Source: a virus. Taken from it: DNA of 64,000 nucleotides. Of this stretch, positions 20,484 through 30,901 are shown piece after piece; position 1 is the first letter of the stretch, and each line of letters begins with the position of its first letter. The notes beneath the pieces were generated by a model. It ran no database searches. It saw only the letters and a program-made list of their open reading frames with translations, and was not told the origin of the DNA. The stretch is from the IMG/VR virus record IMGVR_UViG_3300021197_001481, positions 22,817 through 86,816 of that record; one strand, written 5' to 3'. Both the position numbers and the translations under genes were made by a program.

Positions 20484-21334
20484 TGTTTGAAACTTTTTAT
20501 AACGAAACTATAAGAAACACAGTAATTGGATTTGGTTCTCTTTTTAATGAGATTTATGTTGTCCGTAAAGATAACAGCGGAAACGAAACAAGTCGATTCA
20601 AAGTCCCTATCACATATGCACCAAAAGAAAAATTCATTCGGATGCTCAACGAGTATTCTGGATTAAAGGGATCTGCAAACGAACGAGACATATCCACAAT
20701 TCTTCCACGAATCGGTTTCAATATCGAGGCGATCATCTATGATGCTGAAAGAAAAAGAAACACTTTATCAAAACGATACAGTGCTAGTTCTACATCAAAT
20801 CAAATAAAAACAGAGTATGCAGAAGTTCCATATGCGGTTGACTTCTTTCTTACCGTGGCAGCAAGAAGTATGGAAGACGGTCTTCAGATTATCGAGCAGA
20901 TCCTAGCATACTTCACACCAGAATTTACAGTCACGATGAACTTCACAGATTCTAGAAATAGAATTGATGTGCCAATTGTTCTTTCCTCTGTCGCATCAGA
21001 AATCGATTTTGAGGGTGACTCCTCAACACAACGATCTATTATTTTTAACCTTGCCTTTACCGCTCGAACATATGTGTATGGTCCCACCAAGGAAAGCAAG
21101 ATTATTACAAAAGTCGATACTACATTCTTCAATACTGACTTCGATACCCAAGGAAACCTCACAGGAGCAACCGGCGCACTTGCAAGGGTTATTGCAGGTA
21201 TCACTGGTCCTAATGGTGCAACCTCTGATATAAATGAATATACTGGAACGAATGTGTTTGGATCTACCACTGACAGAGCAAATTCGATCTTTGAATACCC
21301 AGACACACTTGATTCGCTAGGAGCAACAATATGA
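20483..21334 (+). CDS. gp15: Tail sheath stabiliser/terminator gp15
   Basis: FYNETIR..VIGFGSLFN, VPITYAPKEKF, LPR, QIIEQILAYFTP, YVYGP motifs. Confidence 0.95.
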   Translation: MFETFYNETIRNTVIGFGSLFNEIYVVRKDNSGNETSRFKVPITYAPKEKFIRMLNEYSGLKGSANERDISTILPRIGFNIEAIIYDAERKRNTLSKRYSASSTSNQIKTEYAEVPYAVDFFLTVAARSMEDGLQIIEQILAYFTPEFTVTMNFTDSRNRIDVPIVLSSVASEIDFEGDSSTQRSIIFNLAFTARTYVYGPTKESKIITKVDTTFFNTDFDTQGNLTGATGALARVIAGITGPNGATSDINEYTGTNVFGSTTDRANSIFEYPDTLDSLGATI

Positions 21335-21789
21335 GTGATAATTTAGAAAATTCTTTGAATATAGAAAAGACAGAAACAAAAAACGAAGTCGTCAGAAAAC
21401 CACCAGTCGAGATCGTAGTTTCTGATGAGGTGAGAGCGAACAAAAAACAAAACGATGCAAATAAAGACTATGCAGAAGTTCGTGATAATCTAAAGAATAT
21501 AATTGGCACAGGGTTAAATGCCATCGACGGGATTCTTTCCGTTGCAAGTGAGGGAGAGTCTCCACGGGCATATGAGGTCGTCTCACAGTTAATTAAGAGT
21601 GTCACAGATGCCAACAAAGATCTCATCGGTCTACATGAGCAGATGAAGAAACTCGACGAAGATACCGGGGGAAGATCCTCGGGTCCAGTCACCAATAATT
21701 CGATTTTCGTTGGTTCCACAAAAGAACTACAAAAACTAGTGAAGAATAACTTTAAACAATTGGAAGATGAAGCGAATGGCGAATCATGA
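21331..21789 (+). CDS. gp16: Terminase small subunit gp16
   Basis: DY..VR.NL, SPRAYEV..QLIK, TNNSIFVGSTKELQK motifs. Confidence 0.93.
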   Translation: MSDNLENSLNIEKTETKNEVVRKPPVEIVVSDEVRANKKQNDANKDYAEVRDNLKNIIGTGLNAIDGILSVASEGESPRAYEVVSQLIKSVTDANKDLIGLHEQMKKLDEDTGGRSSGPVTNNSIFVGSTKELQKLVKNNFKQLEDEANGES

Positions 21790-23419
21790 GTCAACATACC
21801 TTGGTAACATAAACCTAAAACCTGCTGGCGTGAACATCGAGTTCACCGAAGAACAAGTTCAAGAGTATCTTAAGTGCCAAGCAGATCCCCTATATTTTAT
21901 TAAAAATTATATCAAGATTATTTCTCTTGATCATGGTCTTGTTCCATTTAAAACTTGGGCGTACCAAGACAATATGATCAACACAATCCACAATAATAGA
22001 TTCACAATTGCTAAACTTCCCCGACAGTCCGGGAAGTCTACTACCGTTATTGCATATCTCTTGCATTATGTTCTTTTCAATTCAGAAGTCAACGTGGCAA
22101 TTCTTGCTAACAAGCAGGCGACCGCACGCGAACTACTCTACCGTCTGAAGTTGGCATATGAAAACTTACCCAAGTGGTTACAACAAGGAATTGTAGAATG
22201 GAACAAAGGTAATATTTCTTTAGAAAATAACTCTAAGGTTCTTGCCTCATCCACCTCGTCCAGTGCAGTTCGTGGTGGTTCGTTCAACATGATCTTTCTA
22301 GATGAATTTGCGTATGTCCCTGAAAATGTGGCAGATGAATTCTTCTCGTCTGTCTATCCGACAATCTCATCCGGTAAAGAAACCAAAGTCCTAATTATTA
22401 GCACCCCCAAAGGTTTGAATATGTACTACAAACTGTGGCGGGATGCAGAGGAAGGAAATAACTCTTATGTTCCTGTTGAAGTACATTGGTCGGAAGTTCC
22501 GGGTCGTGATGACAAGTGGAAGAAAGAAACGATTGCCAATACGTCAGCGTCACAATTTCGTGCTGAGTTTGAGTGCGAGTTTATTGGGTCACAGAACACT
22601 CTGATTGATCCGTCTAAATTAAAATGTTTAGCGTATCGAAAACCATGTGCAGAACGCGATGATGGTTTTGTACAATACTATCCACCCGAGGAAGGTCGCA
22701 CATATTTCATGGCAGTTGATGTGTCGCGTGGTCGAGAACTTGATTATCATGCAGTCACAGTTCTAGATATCACAGAGATGCCATACAAAATTTGTGCAAT
22801 TTATAGAAATAATCAACTTGCTCCGATGCTCTTGCCGAACGTGGTGAACGCTATGGGTCACATTTACAACAAAGCATGGTGTCTGGTAGAGATTAATGAT
22901 ATCGGGGGTCAGGTCGCGGATGTTCTATACAACGAACTTGAATATGAAAATCTTATGATCACCAGTGTTCGTGGTCGAAAGGGTCAGACGATGGATGGTG
23001 GTTTTGGTAGTTTTCAATCACAACTTGGTGTGCGAACCAGTCCCGCTGTGAAAAAACTTGGATGTGCCTTACTCAAAGACATGATCGAGGGCGACAAAAT
23101 GCTCATCGAAGATTATAATATGATCCAAGAACTTACTGCTTTTGTTGCAAAAAAGAATTCTTACGAAGCAGAAACTGGTCACCACGATGACCTAGTAATG
23201 ACTCTGGTTTTGTTTGCATGGACCACTTCACAGAATTATTTCAAAGAACTAACAGACCTAGATATAAGGACGAAACTTTATCAAGATAAGATTCGTCAAA
23301 TAGAAGAAGATCTTGCTCCATTTGGTTTTATTGACGACGGGTCGTCGGACGATACCTTCGTTGACAATCAAGGAACGCGATGGAGTGTGGATAACGACAA
23401 CAATAATATGGATTGGTGA
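21776..23419 (+). CDS. gp17: Terminase large subunit gp17
   Basis: YLGNINLK, Walker A PRQSGKS, Walker B FLDEFAYV, C-terminal nuclease HDDLVM; upstream in-frame ATG at 21767 is also possible. Confidence 0.97.
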   Translation: MANHESTYLGNINLKPAGVNIEFTEEQVQEYLKCQADPLYFIKNYIKIISLDHGLVPFKTWAYQDNMINTIHNNRFTIAKLPRQSGKSTTVIAYLLHYVLFNSEVNVAILANKQATARELLYRLKLAYENLPKWLQQGIVEWNKGNISLENNSKVLASSTSSSAVRGGSFNMIFLDEFAYVPENVADEFFSSVYPTISSGKETKVLIISTPKGLNMYYKLWRDAEEGNNSYVPVEVHWSEVPGRDDKWKKETIANTSASQFRAEFECEFIGSQNTLIDPSKLKCLAYRKPCAERDDGFVQYYPPEEGRTYFMAVDVSRGRELDYHAVTVLDITEMPYKICAIYRNNQLAPMLLPNVVNAMGHIYNKAWCLVEINDIGGQVADVLYNELEYENLMITSVRGRKGQTMDGGFGSFQSQLGVRTSPAVKKLGCALLKDMIEGDKMLIEDYNMIQELTAFVAKKNSYEAETGHHDDLVMTLVLFAWTTSQNYFKELTDLDIRTKLYQDKIRQIEEDLAPFGFIDDGSSDDTFVDNQGTRWSVDNDNNNMDW

Positions 23420-23432
23420 AAATGATTAATTT

Positions 23433-23440
23433 GATAGATA
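23433..23440 (+). promoter_or_regulatory. Putative late promoter (GATAGATA)
   Basis: Intergenic, before the gp18 SD. Confidence 0.55.
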
Positions 23441-23465
23441 ATACAGCGTTGATAAGGAGATAACA

Positions 23466-25838
23466 ATGGCATTTCAACTCAGTCCCGGTGTTGATGTAAA
23501 AGAAATTGATCTAACAGCAATCATCCCTGCGGTGTCCACAACCAAAGCAGGATTTGCAGGACTTTTTAATTGGGGTCCACTAGAGCAAAGAATTACAGTC
23601 ACCAGCGAAAACGAACTCGTAGAGAGATTTTCTACCCCTGATAATACAAACTACCCACACTGGTTTACCGCAGCAAACTACCTTGGTTATTCTAATAACC
23701 TTCAAGTTGTTCGTGTTGTAGATCAAGATGCAGCACTAAATGCAACCACCAATCGCGTTCAGGTAGGTGGCGTTCTTGTGAAAAACAGCGAACACTTCGA
23801 GGAAGTAGATTCTACAATTTCAGCAGCACAGCATGAATTTGTTGCAAAATATCCCGGAACACTTGGAAACTCACTTTCTGTTTCTGTTTCTGATAATACT
23901 GATATTGCATTAAATCCAATTATTGCTTATCCTACCTCTGATGTAGGTGGGGTATTAGACTCCGATAATGCACCAACCACAAGCACAACTTCCTTTGGTT
24001 TTATTAAAACTTGTGATATCTTTGTTCCGGACTCCGGGTCTTCGACGAGGGAAGATAGTGGCGGTCTGGATAAACTTAGATTTAAGAGAGGTAACCCACA
24101 GAACATCACTGGTGTGACCAATGCATTCTCTCTTGGATTTATCCAAGAGGGAGATGGAACTGCTCCAGTTGGTGCCGGGAGTGGTCTGACTCTCGGATCG
24201 AACGGCGCAGCAGGCGGAATTACTCTTCCTGTATCTGATATGAGTGGAACTGTTGCCACAGGCGATTATGTTGCTCTCACTAAGAACAATAATATCAACA
24301 TTTCCAAAATTACATCATATGTCGATCACGGAACCACTGGTGAAATTACACTCGGTACGGATGGTTTTGGTGTAGGACTTACATTGTCACTCGCAGAAGC
24401 AACCGACGAACTAACTGTTCTCGGGCAGGTCACTACTGGTGCAACCTTTGCAAATGCCACAGGAATGACTGCTGCAAGCGTTCTCTGGAAGTATCACAAC
24501 GAGTTTAATACCAAACTACCCGCTACTAGTTCATCTGTCGAAGCACACGGTGCTTCTTTCGATCTACTCCATGCCATTGTGGTCGATGCGAAAGGTGACT
24601 GGACTGGAACCAAGGGTACTGTTCTCGAACGATTTGAAGGACTTTCCAAGGCAAAAAATGCCAAACGAGAAAATGGTACTTCAATCTATTACAAGGACTT
24701 TATTAACGCAAACTCCAAGTATGTTTGGTCTTCCGATGCACCGACAAACGGAGGTGTTGGACTGCCAGATGTTTCTTCTGGAGCATACGCTTTTGGCGAT
24801 AACTCAACATCTGTTGGTGGTACATTCTCAGAACTCACCGGAAACTACTATGAAGATTTGAACTTCGGTGCTGATGGAGCGACATCTGCAAACGATTTCT
24901 ACAGCAATGGATATGATCTTTTTGCCGACAGTGAAACTGTTGACATTTCTCTTATCCTTGGTGGACCACAAGAAGGAATTCAGGCGAAGCAACTTGTTGA
25001 TCTTGTCACCGACAGGAAAGATGCAGTTGCATTCTTGTCTCCTGCTAAGACTGCTGTTGTAAACTCCTCTGGAAATGCTTCTAAGAGTGCGGCAATTGCT
25101 ACGGCAAACGTCTCAGCATATCGTCAAGGACTTAACGGTTCGGATGCCGGTGGTGATGTGGACTTCAGTGATGATAACCTAAACGTATCATCATCCTACG
25201 CAGTTCTCGACAGTGGTTACAAGTACATGTATGACCGATACAATGATGTCTTCCGATTCGTTCCACTTAATGGTGACATCGCAGGTATCGCGGTACGATC
25301 AGACAATGAGACCGAAACTTGGTTCTCACCTGCTGGTTTCAACCGTGGTCAGGTTCGCGGAGTCGTGAAACTTGCATATAACCCACTTAAGGCACAGCGT
25401 GATGAACTTTACATTAACGGAATCAACCCCGTAGTCTCCTTCCCCGGAGAAGGTACTGTTCTCTTCGGAGACAAGACCATGCAGAGTAAACCAAGTGCAT
25501 TCGACAGAATCAATGTTAGACGACTCTTCATTGTTCTTGAGAAGGCAATCGCAACTGCCGCGAAGTTCCAACTCTTTGAGCAGAACGATGCATTTACCCG
25601 TGCTTCCTTCAGACAACTCATCGAACCGTTCCTCAGAGAAGTTCAATCTCGTAGAGGTGTAATCGACTTCAAGGTTGTATGTGATGAATCAAACAACACT
25701 GGCGAGGTAATTGATAGAAACGAGTTTGTTGCAGATATCTTTATCAAACCAACCCGTTCGATTAACTTTATTACTCTTAACTTTATTGCCACACGAACTG
25801 GCATCAACTTTGACGAAATTGGCGGGTCTTCCTCGTAA
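23466..25838 (+). CDS. gp18: Tail sheath protein gp18
   Basis: SPGVDVKEIDLT, WGP, WFSPAGFNRG, FDRINVRRLF, IKPTRSINFITLNF motifs. Confidence 0.97.
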   Translation: MAFQLSPGVDVKEIDLTAIIPAVSTTKAGFAGLFNWGPLEQRITVTSENELVERFSTPDNTNYPHWFTAANYLGYSNNLQVVRVVDQDAALNATTNRVQVGGVLVKNSEHFEEVDSTISAAQHEFVAKYPGTLGNSLSVSVSDNTDIALNPIIAYPTSDVGGVLDSDNAPTTSTTSFGFIKTCDIFVPDSGSSTREDSGGLDKLRFKRGNPQNITGVTNAFSLGFIQEGDGTAPVGAGSGLTLGSNGAAGGITLPVSDMSGTVATGDYVALTKNNNINISKITSYVDHGTTGEITLGTDGFGVGLTLSLAEATDELTVLGQVTTGATFANATGMTAASVLWKYHNEFNTKLPATSSSVEAHGASFDLLHAIVVDAKGDWTGTKGTVLERFEGLSKAKNAKRENGTSIYYKDFINANSKYVWSSDAPTNGGVGLPDVSSGAYAFGDNSTSVGGTFSELTGNYYEDLNFGADGATSANDFYSNGYDLFADSETVDISLILGGPQEGIQAKQLVDLVTDRKDAVAFLSPAKTAVVNSSGNASKSAAIATANVSAYRQGLNGSDAGGDVDFSDDNLNVSSSYAVLDSGYKYMYDRYNDVFRFVPLNGDIAGIAVRSDNETETWFSPAGFNRGQVRGVVKLAYNPLKAQRDELYINGINPVVSFPGEGTVLFGDKTMQSKPSAFDRINVRRLFIVLEKAIATAAKFQLFEQNDAFTRASFRQLIEPFLREVQSRRGVIDFKVVCDESNNTGEVIDRNEFVADIFIKPTRSINFITLNFIATRTGINFDEIGGSSS

Positions 25839-25843
25839 AACGC

Positions 25844-25851
25844 CCTACATA
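25844..25851 (+). promoter_or_regulatory. Putative late promoter (CCTACATA)
   Basis: Intergenic, before the AAGGAG SD of gp19. Confidence 0.55.
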
Positions 25852-25869
25852 GAAAAGGAGATATAACAC

Positions 25870-26433
25870 ATGAATATCGAAAGATTTAAATCAGCACTTT
25901 CTACCGGTGGCGTTCGTCCTGCATTCTTCCGAGTGCAAGGCAACATCGGAAAGACATCGTTACCAGATAAGGTTGGGTTCCTTGTCAAAGCAGCATCTTT
26001 ACCAGCATCAGAAATTGGTGAGATTCCTGTAGACTACCGTGGTAGAAACCTTAAATTACCCGGTAAAAGAACCTATGCAGATTGGGATATTACTCTTCTA
26101 GTCGATGGAGAATTCTCAACGAGAAATGCATTTGAGCGTTGGATGAACGACCTCAATGATGCAGTCGAAAATGTTGCGGATCAAGAGCATAACTTAAACA
26201 ATGTTCTGTTCCCCAACTGGAGTATCGACCAACTAGATCGCACTGGTAACCCAATTAAGACTTATACCATGTTCCACTGCTGGCCAAAATCAGTTTCTTC
26301 AATAGAAACATCATATGATAATGAAGCACTAGCAGAATTTTCCGTGACGCTCGCCTATTCTTACTTCCTCACTAACGACGGAACTGGTAGTAATCGAGTA
26401 CCTCTCGGTGATGCCGCGTTCCCCGGTGAGTGA
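25870..26433 (+). CDS. gp19: Tail tube protein gp19
   Basis: GGVRPAFF, AASLPAS, RGR.LKLPG.RTYADW, QLDR.G, WPKSVS motifs. Confidence 0.95.
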   Translation: MNIERFKSALSTGGVRPAFFRVQGNIGKTSLPDKVGFLVKAASLPASEIGEIPVDYRGRNLKLPGKRTYADWDITLLVDGEFSTRNAFERWMNDLNDAVENVADQEHNLNNVLFPNWSIDQLDRTGNPIKTYTMFHCWPKSVSSIETSYDNEALAEFSVTLAYSYFLTNDGTGSNRVPLGDAAFPGE

Positions 26434-26439
26434 TAGATA
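26432..26439 (+). promoter_or_regulatory. Putative late promoter (GATAGATA)
   Basis: Overlaps the gp19 stop; upstream of the GAGGTG SD of gp20. Confidence 0.5.
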
Positions 26440-26453
26440 ATAAGAGGTGAATT

Positions 26454-27962
26454 ATGCCAATAGATTTCTTTGGTTTTAGTATAGGAAGAAAGCAACAATC
26501 GCCTTCGCCGAATTTAGACCCTTCTTTGGGTGTGAAAGAAGCGAAGTCGTTTGTTCCTCCCCTATTAGATGATGCAGGACTAGTCGATGCAGGCGGATAC
26601 TTCGGAGCGTATCTTGATCTTGATGGTTCTCTTAAAACAGAATCCGAATTTATTGCAAAGTATCGAGAGATGTCTCTCCACCCAGAAGTGGAAAGTGCTA
26701 TCGAAGATGTTTGCAATGAAGCGATTGTTCTTGATGATGAACGCAAACCAGTCGAGTTGATTCTTGATCAGGTTAATGTGTCAGATCAAATTAAGAAAAG
26801 GATGTATGAAGAATACGACCAGATTCTAAGACTTCTTGATTTTAGTAATCGTGGATATGAAATTTTCCGAAGATGGTTTATTGATGGTAAAGGATACTAC
26901 CATATTATCATTGATAAAACCAATCCCAAAAAGGGAATAGTTGAACTTCGACCTATTGATGCACTTAAAATCAAGAAGATGGCAGAAGTACAAAAGGCAA
27001 CAGACGAAAAAACAGGGACAAAGTATGTCAAAGGTGTTAGAGAATTTTACACCTTTAGAGACAACCCAACAGATCAAGAAGGTCTTAAACTTTCCCCTGA
27101 GTCCATTTGCTATTACCACTCAGGTCTTTTCGATCCACTCTCCAACCGGGCAATTAGTTATCTCCATAAAGCAATTAAACCACTCAATCAACTTCGCATG
27201 ATCGAAGATGCCGTGGTGATCTACAGAATCTCCCGTGCGCCGGAACGTAGAATCTTTTATATCGATGTGGGTTCTCTTCCCAAGAATAAGGCAGAGGCAT
27301 ATGTTCGTGATCTTATGAACAGATACCGAACAAAACTAACATATGATGCGTCTACTGGTGAAGTTCGTGATGAGAAAAAGCACATGTCTATGCTCGAAGA
27401 TTATTGGTTACCTCGTCGTGAAGGCGGCAAAGGAACCCAGATCGAAACTCTCGACGGTGGACAGAACCTCGGTGAGATGGAAGATGTTGAATACTTCTTA
27501 AAGAAACTTTATAAAGCACTCAGTATTCCTCAGTCTCGAATGGAAGCAGAAAACGGTTTCAATATGGGTAGGTCTTCTGAGATCACCCGAGATGAATTGA
27601 AATTCCACAAATATGTCGAACGACTTCGCACCAAATTCAATGGTGTCTTTACTCAACTACTCAAAACACAATGTATTCTCAAAGGTTTGATGAAAGAAGA
27701 AGATTGGTGGAAGGTCGAACAAGATCTTAAGTTTGAATATATCACTGATTCGTATTTTACCGAACTCAAGGACTATGAGATACTTTCAGAAAGACTAGAT
27801 ATATTACAGAGTGTTGGTGAACACATTGGTGATTATTACTCTAGAGAATGGGTCAGGCGAAATATTCTTCAACAAACCGAAAAGGATATGAAGCGAATGG
27901 ATAAACAAATTCAGAAAGAGCGAGAACTTGGACTGATTAAGGATGACTCCGGAGGATTCTAA
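26454..27962 (+). CDS. gp20: Portal protein gp20
   Basis: SYLHKAIKPLNQLRMIEDAVVIYRISRAPERRIFYIDVG, EDYWLPRREGGKGT motifs. Confidence 0.97.
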   Translation: MPIDFFGFSIGRKQQSPSPNLDPSLGVKEAKSFVPPLLDDAGLVDAGGYFGAYLDLDGSLKTESEFIAKYREMSLHPEVESAIEDVCNEAIVLDDERKPVELILDQVNVSDQIKKRMYEEYDQILRLLDFSNRGYEIFRRWFIDGKGYYHIIIDKTNPKKGIVELRPIDALKIKKMAEVQKATDEKTGTKYVKGVREFYTFRDNPTDQEGLKLSPESICYYHSGLFDPLSNRAISYLHKAIKPLNQLRMIEDAVVIYRISRAPERRIFYIDVGSLPKNKAEAYVRDLMNRYRTKLTYDASTGEVRDEKKHMSMLEDYWLPRREGGKGTQIETLDGGQNLGEMEDVEYFLKKLYKALSIPQSRMEAENGFNMGRSSEITRDELKFHKYVERLRTKFNGVFTQLLKTQCILKGLMKEEDWWKVEQDLKFEYITDSYFTELKDYEILSERLDILQSVGEHIGDYYSREWVRRNILQQTEKDMKRMDKQIQKERELGLIKDDSGGF

Positions 27963-28678
27963 TGCGATTTCTTATAGATCTAATTGAAAATAACGACAAG
28001 AAAGAGAGCAAGGTTCTAATCGAATCAATGATCTCTGATGTTGTTACTTCTAAATTTACAAAACGACGTTCTTCTATCTTGAATATTTTTGAAGAAGAGG
28101 GCGAAGCGACCCCCGAAGACATCGAAGGAACTCTCGACGATCCCATGCTGGATCCTAACTTCTCAAGAGAGTATTTCTTCAAGAGATTTAAGTATGAAGG
28201 CAAGGAGATTGTCCTCAAGAGATTAGGTCTTGGGCAAAACGCACCAACAATCACATACATCGACAAAGAGCGTTACGAGATTTTTTCTACACCCAAGCAA
28301 GCAGAAAAAGAAACAATTCGATACATCAAAGATGGTTCATTCGACGAGGCGATGAAAGAAAAAGAAGATAAAATCGCTGCTGTTGATGCCGGTAAAAAAG
28401 AAGAAGAAGACAAAAAGAAAAAAGAAGAAGAGAATCAGGAGAAAATCACAGATTCATTCGAGTATGTGGTTTCTTCCGAACGCCCCAGTATACTAACCTT
28501 CAGCAGCGGAGAAGAGAGAGTTATCACAGTTTCCGAGGCGACAGACGCATTGGAAATATTAAAACTACTAAATAATGAGAACGGAATAGAATTTTTAAAT
28601 CGCTTATCTCATAGCAAAACATCTTATCTAGAAACATTAGACTTCTTTCTTGATAAGGTCCGAAAAGGAGTAATCTAA
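27962..28678 (+). CDS. Hypothetical protein, possible prohead core component
   Basis: Charged 238-aa ORF at the gp67/gp68 position, translationally coupled (TAATG) at both ends. Confidence 0.5.
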   Translation: MRFLIDLIENNDKKESKVLIESMISDVVTSKFTKRRSSILNIFEEEGEATPEDIEGTLDDPMLDPNFSREYFFKRFKYEGKEIVLKRLGLGQNAPTITYIDKERYEIFSTPKQAEKETIRYIKDGSFDEAMKEKEDKIAAVDAGKKEEEDKKKKEEENQEKITDSFEYVVSSERPSILTFSSGEERVITVSEATDALEILKLLNNENGIEFLNRLSHSKTSYLETLDFFLDKVRKGVI

Positions 28679-28986
28679 TGGAAGTTGAAAATATTGTAAG
28701 AGCATTGGAACAAGGAAAACTCAATGATGCCAAAAACGGCATTGGTGAGGTTCTTCTTGGTAAAATTGCCAATTCACTAGAAGAAAAAAGAGAAACCCTC
28801 GGTGATACGTTAGTTACCCCAACAGATGTGCAAGAAGGTGACAAGGCAGAATATGAGGCATTCTTTAAGAAAGCAATGAAGAAGTTTGGTATCTCGTCTC
28901 CTGCTGATCTCAAATCAGAAGAAGAGAAGAAGAAGTTCTTCGATTACGTTGACAAGAATTATAAAGGCGAAAAGGAAGAAAACTGA
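28678..28986 (+). CDS. Small prohead-core-like protein
   Basis: Charged 102-aa ORF immediately before gp21. Confidence 0.5.
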   Translation: MEVENIVRALEQGKLNDAKNGIGEVLLGKIANSLEEKRETLGDTLVTPTDVQEGDKAEYEAFFKKAMKKFGISSPADLKSEEEKKKFFDYVDKNYKGEKEEN

Positions 28987-29633
28987 TGCTACTTATTACC
29001 GAAGTAAATGATAACGTCAACTTGATCACAGAAGGAACCGAAGGTTCCAAAGAATATCATATTGAAGGTATCTTTATGGAGGCAGGTAAGAAGAACCGCA
29101 ACGGTCGTGTATACCCCCAAAAAGTTCTTTTCAATGAAGTTAAACGATACAACGAGGACTTTGTTTCAAAGAACCGAGGCATGGGTGAACTAGGTCATCC
29201 AGATGGTCCTACCGTTAACTTAGAAAGAGTTTCCCATATCATCAAGGAACTCAAGACTGACGGTGACAATATTATGGGTAAGGCAAAGATCCTTGATACA
29301 CCATATGGTAAAATTGTAAAGAACCTAATCGACGAGGGCGTTAAAATTGGCGTTTCCTCCCGTGGGATGGGTTCTCTTAAAAACGTAGAAGGCGTAAATG
29401 AAGTCCAAGATGACTTCATGCTCGCCGCAGTAGATATTGTTGCTGACCCATCTGCTCCCAACGCATTTGTTGAAGGAGTCATGGAAGGCAAGGAATGGGT
29501 TTGGAACAACGGAGTTCTCAAACCTAGACACATTGAATCGTATCGTGACAGGATTCAAAAAGCATCGACTCGAAGTGAGATTCAAGAAGCGAAGTTGTAT
29601 GCCTTCGCTGATTTCCTGTCAAAATTAATTTAA
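28986..29633 (+). CDS. gp21: Prohead protease gp21
   Basis: IEGIFM, NRNGRVY, GELGHP, GVSSRGMGSL, DIVADPSAPNAFV motifs. Confidence 0.97.
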   Translation: MLLITEVNDNVNLITEGTEGSKEYHIEGIFMEAGKKNRNGRVYPQKVLFNEVKRYNEDFVSKNRGMGELGHPDGPTVNLERVSHIIKELKTDGDNIMGKAKILDTPYGKIVKNLIDEGVKIGVSSRGMGSLKNVEGVNEVQDDFMLAAVDIVADPSAPNAFVEGVMEGKEWVWNNGVLKPRHIESYRDRIQKASTRSEIQEAKLYAFADFLSKLI

Positions 29634-29634
29634 T

Positions 29635-29642
29635 TATAGATA
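29635..29642 (+). promoter_or_regulatory. Putative late promoter (TATAGATA)
   Basis: One mismatch to T4 TATAAATA; intergenic before gp22. Confidence 0.6.
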
Positions 29643-29668
29643 TCAAAGAGTTAAACAAGGAGCAGACC

Positions 29669-30901
29669 ATGACTCGTAAAGACCCACTTGAAACAGCGAA
29701 GGCAATCTTAGAAGGTAATACTTCGCTTACCGAAATGGACGATAAAGAAATGAAGAATGAAATGGCAGCAATGAAGGAAGCAATGATGAAGGATTTATCC
29801 GACAAAGATGCTTCTGAAGACGAAGTTGCCGAAATGATGGACAAGATGGAAGCAATGTCCTACAAAGAGATGAAGGAAATGATGGCAAAAGAAGGCATCA
29901 AATACGAAACCTACGTCTCTGAGGACGAAGTTGAAGAGGAAGTCGAAGTTGATGACGACCTTGAGGACATCGAAGAGGAAGAGGAAAAGGAAGTCGCTAA
30001 GACCAAGAGTGACGAACCCGATTCAACCCGTGCTGACACCGAAGGCGATCTTGAAACTCTCAAGAAAGCAAAGAGTGCTAAGAAGGTTGATGCTGGTAAG
30101 ATTAAACCTTCCGCTGCTTCTGGTAAGATTGAGAAACCTTCTATGAAGGAAGATCTTGACGCTCTCTTTACTGGCGAAGAACTCACCGAAGACTTCAAAG
30201 AGAAGGCATCGGTCATCTTCGAGTCTGCTATCAACATGCGAGTCGAAGCACTCGTAGAAGAAATCGAAGCAGAACATACTGCTCAACTAGAGGAAGATAA
30301 GGAAGAGTTCCGCAACGAACTATCCGCTAAAATGGATGATTATCTTTCTTACGTTGTCGAAGAGTGGATGAAGGACAATGAACTCGCTATTGAGCGTGGT
30401 CTTCGTGGCGACATTGCCGAGTCCTTTATGACTGGTCTCAAGGGTCTTTTCGAGGATCACTATATTACTGTTCCTGATGACAAGTATGATCTCCTCGAAG
30501 GTCTTTATACTAAGGTCAGTGGTCTTGAAACCAAACTCGACGAACAGATTCAAAAGAACACAGAACTCAATAAGGATGCTATGGTTTCTCGCTGCATCAA
30601 CGTCTTCGCTGAAGTCAGTGAAGGTCTTACCGATGCAGAAAACGAAAAACTACAGTCCCTTGCTGAAGGACTAGAATACGATTCGGAAGATCAGTTTAGA
30701 GATAAACTAACTGTCCTCCGCGAAAACTACTTTAATGATGTTTCAGAAACAAACGAACTCGCTAATGAAATTGTGGGTGACACAATCAATGAGTCGGCAG
30801 AAGAGGTACACGCCCCCTCCCTCGACGGTTCTATGAAGTTCTACTCTGATATGTTAACACGGTCTGCCATCGTAGAAAAGCAGACGAACTTTAAGGGTTG
30901 A
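29669..30901 (+). CDS. gp22: Prohead core scaffold gp22
   Basis: ELTEDFKEKASVIFESA, DDYLSYVVEEWM..NELAIE.G, GLKGLFEDHY, LRENYF motifs. Confidence 0.93.
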   Translation: MTRKDPLETAKAILEGNTSLTEMDDKEMKNEMAAMKEAMMKDLSDKDASEDEVAEMMDKMEAMSYKEMKEMMAKEGIKYETYVSEDEVEEEVEVDDDLEDIEEEEEKEVAKTKSDEPDSTRADTEGDLETLKKAKSAKKVDAGKIKPSAASGKIEKPSMKEDLDALFTGEELTEDFKEKASVIFESAINMRVEALVEEIEAEHTAQLEEDKEEFRNELSAKMDDYLSYVVEEWMKDNELAIERGLRGDIAESFMTGLKGLFEDHYITVPDDKYDLLEGLYTKVSGLETKLDEQIQKNTELNKDAMVSRCINVFAEVSEGLTDAENEKLQSLAEGLEYDSEDQFRDKLTVLRENYFNDVSETNELANEIVGDTINESAEEVHAPSLDGSMKFYSDMLTRSAIVEKQTNFKG

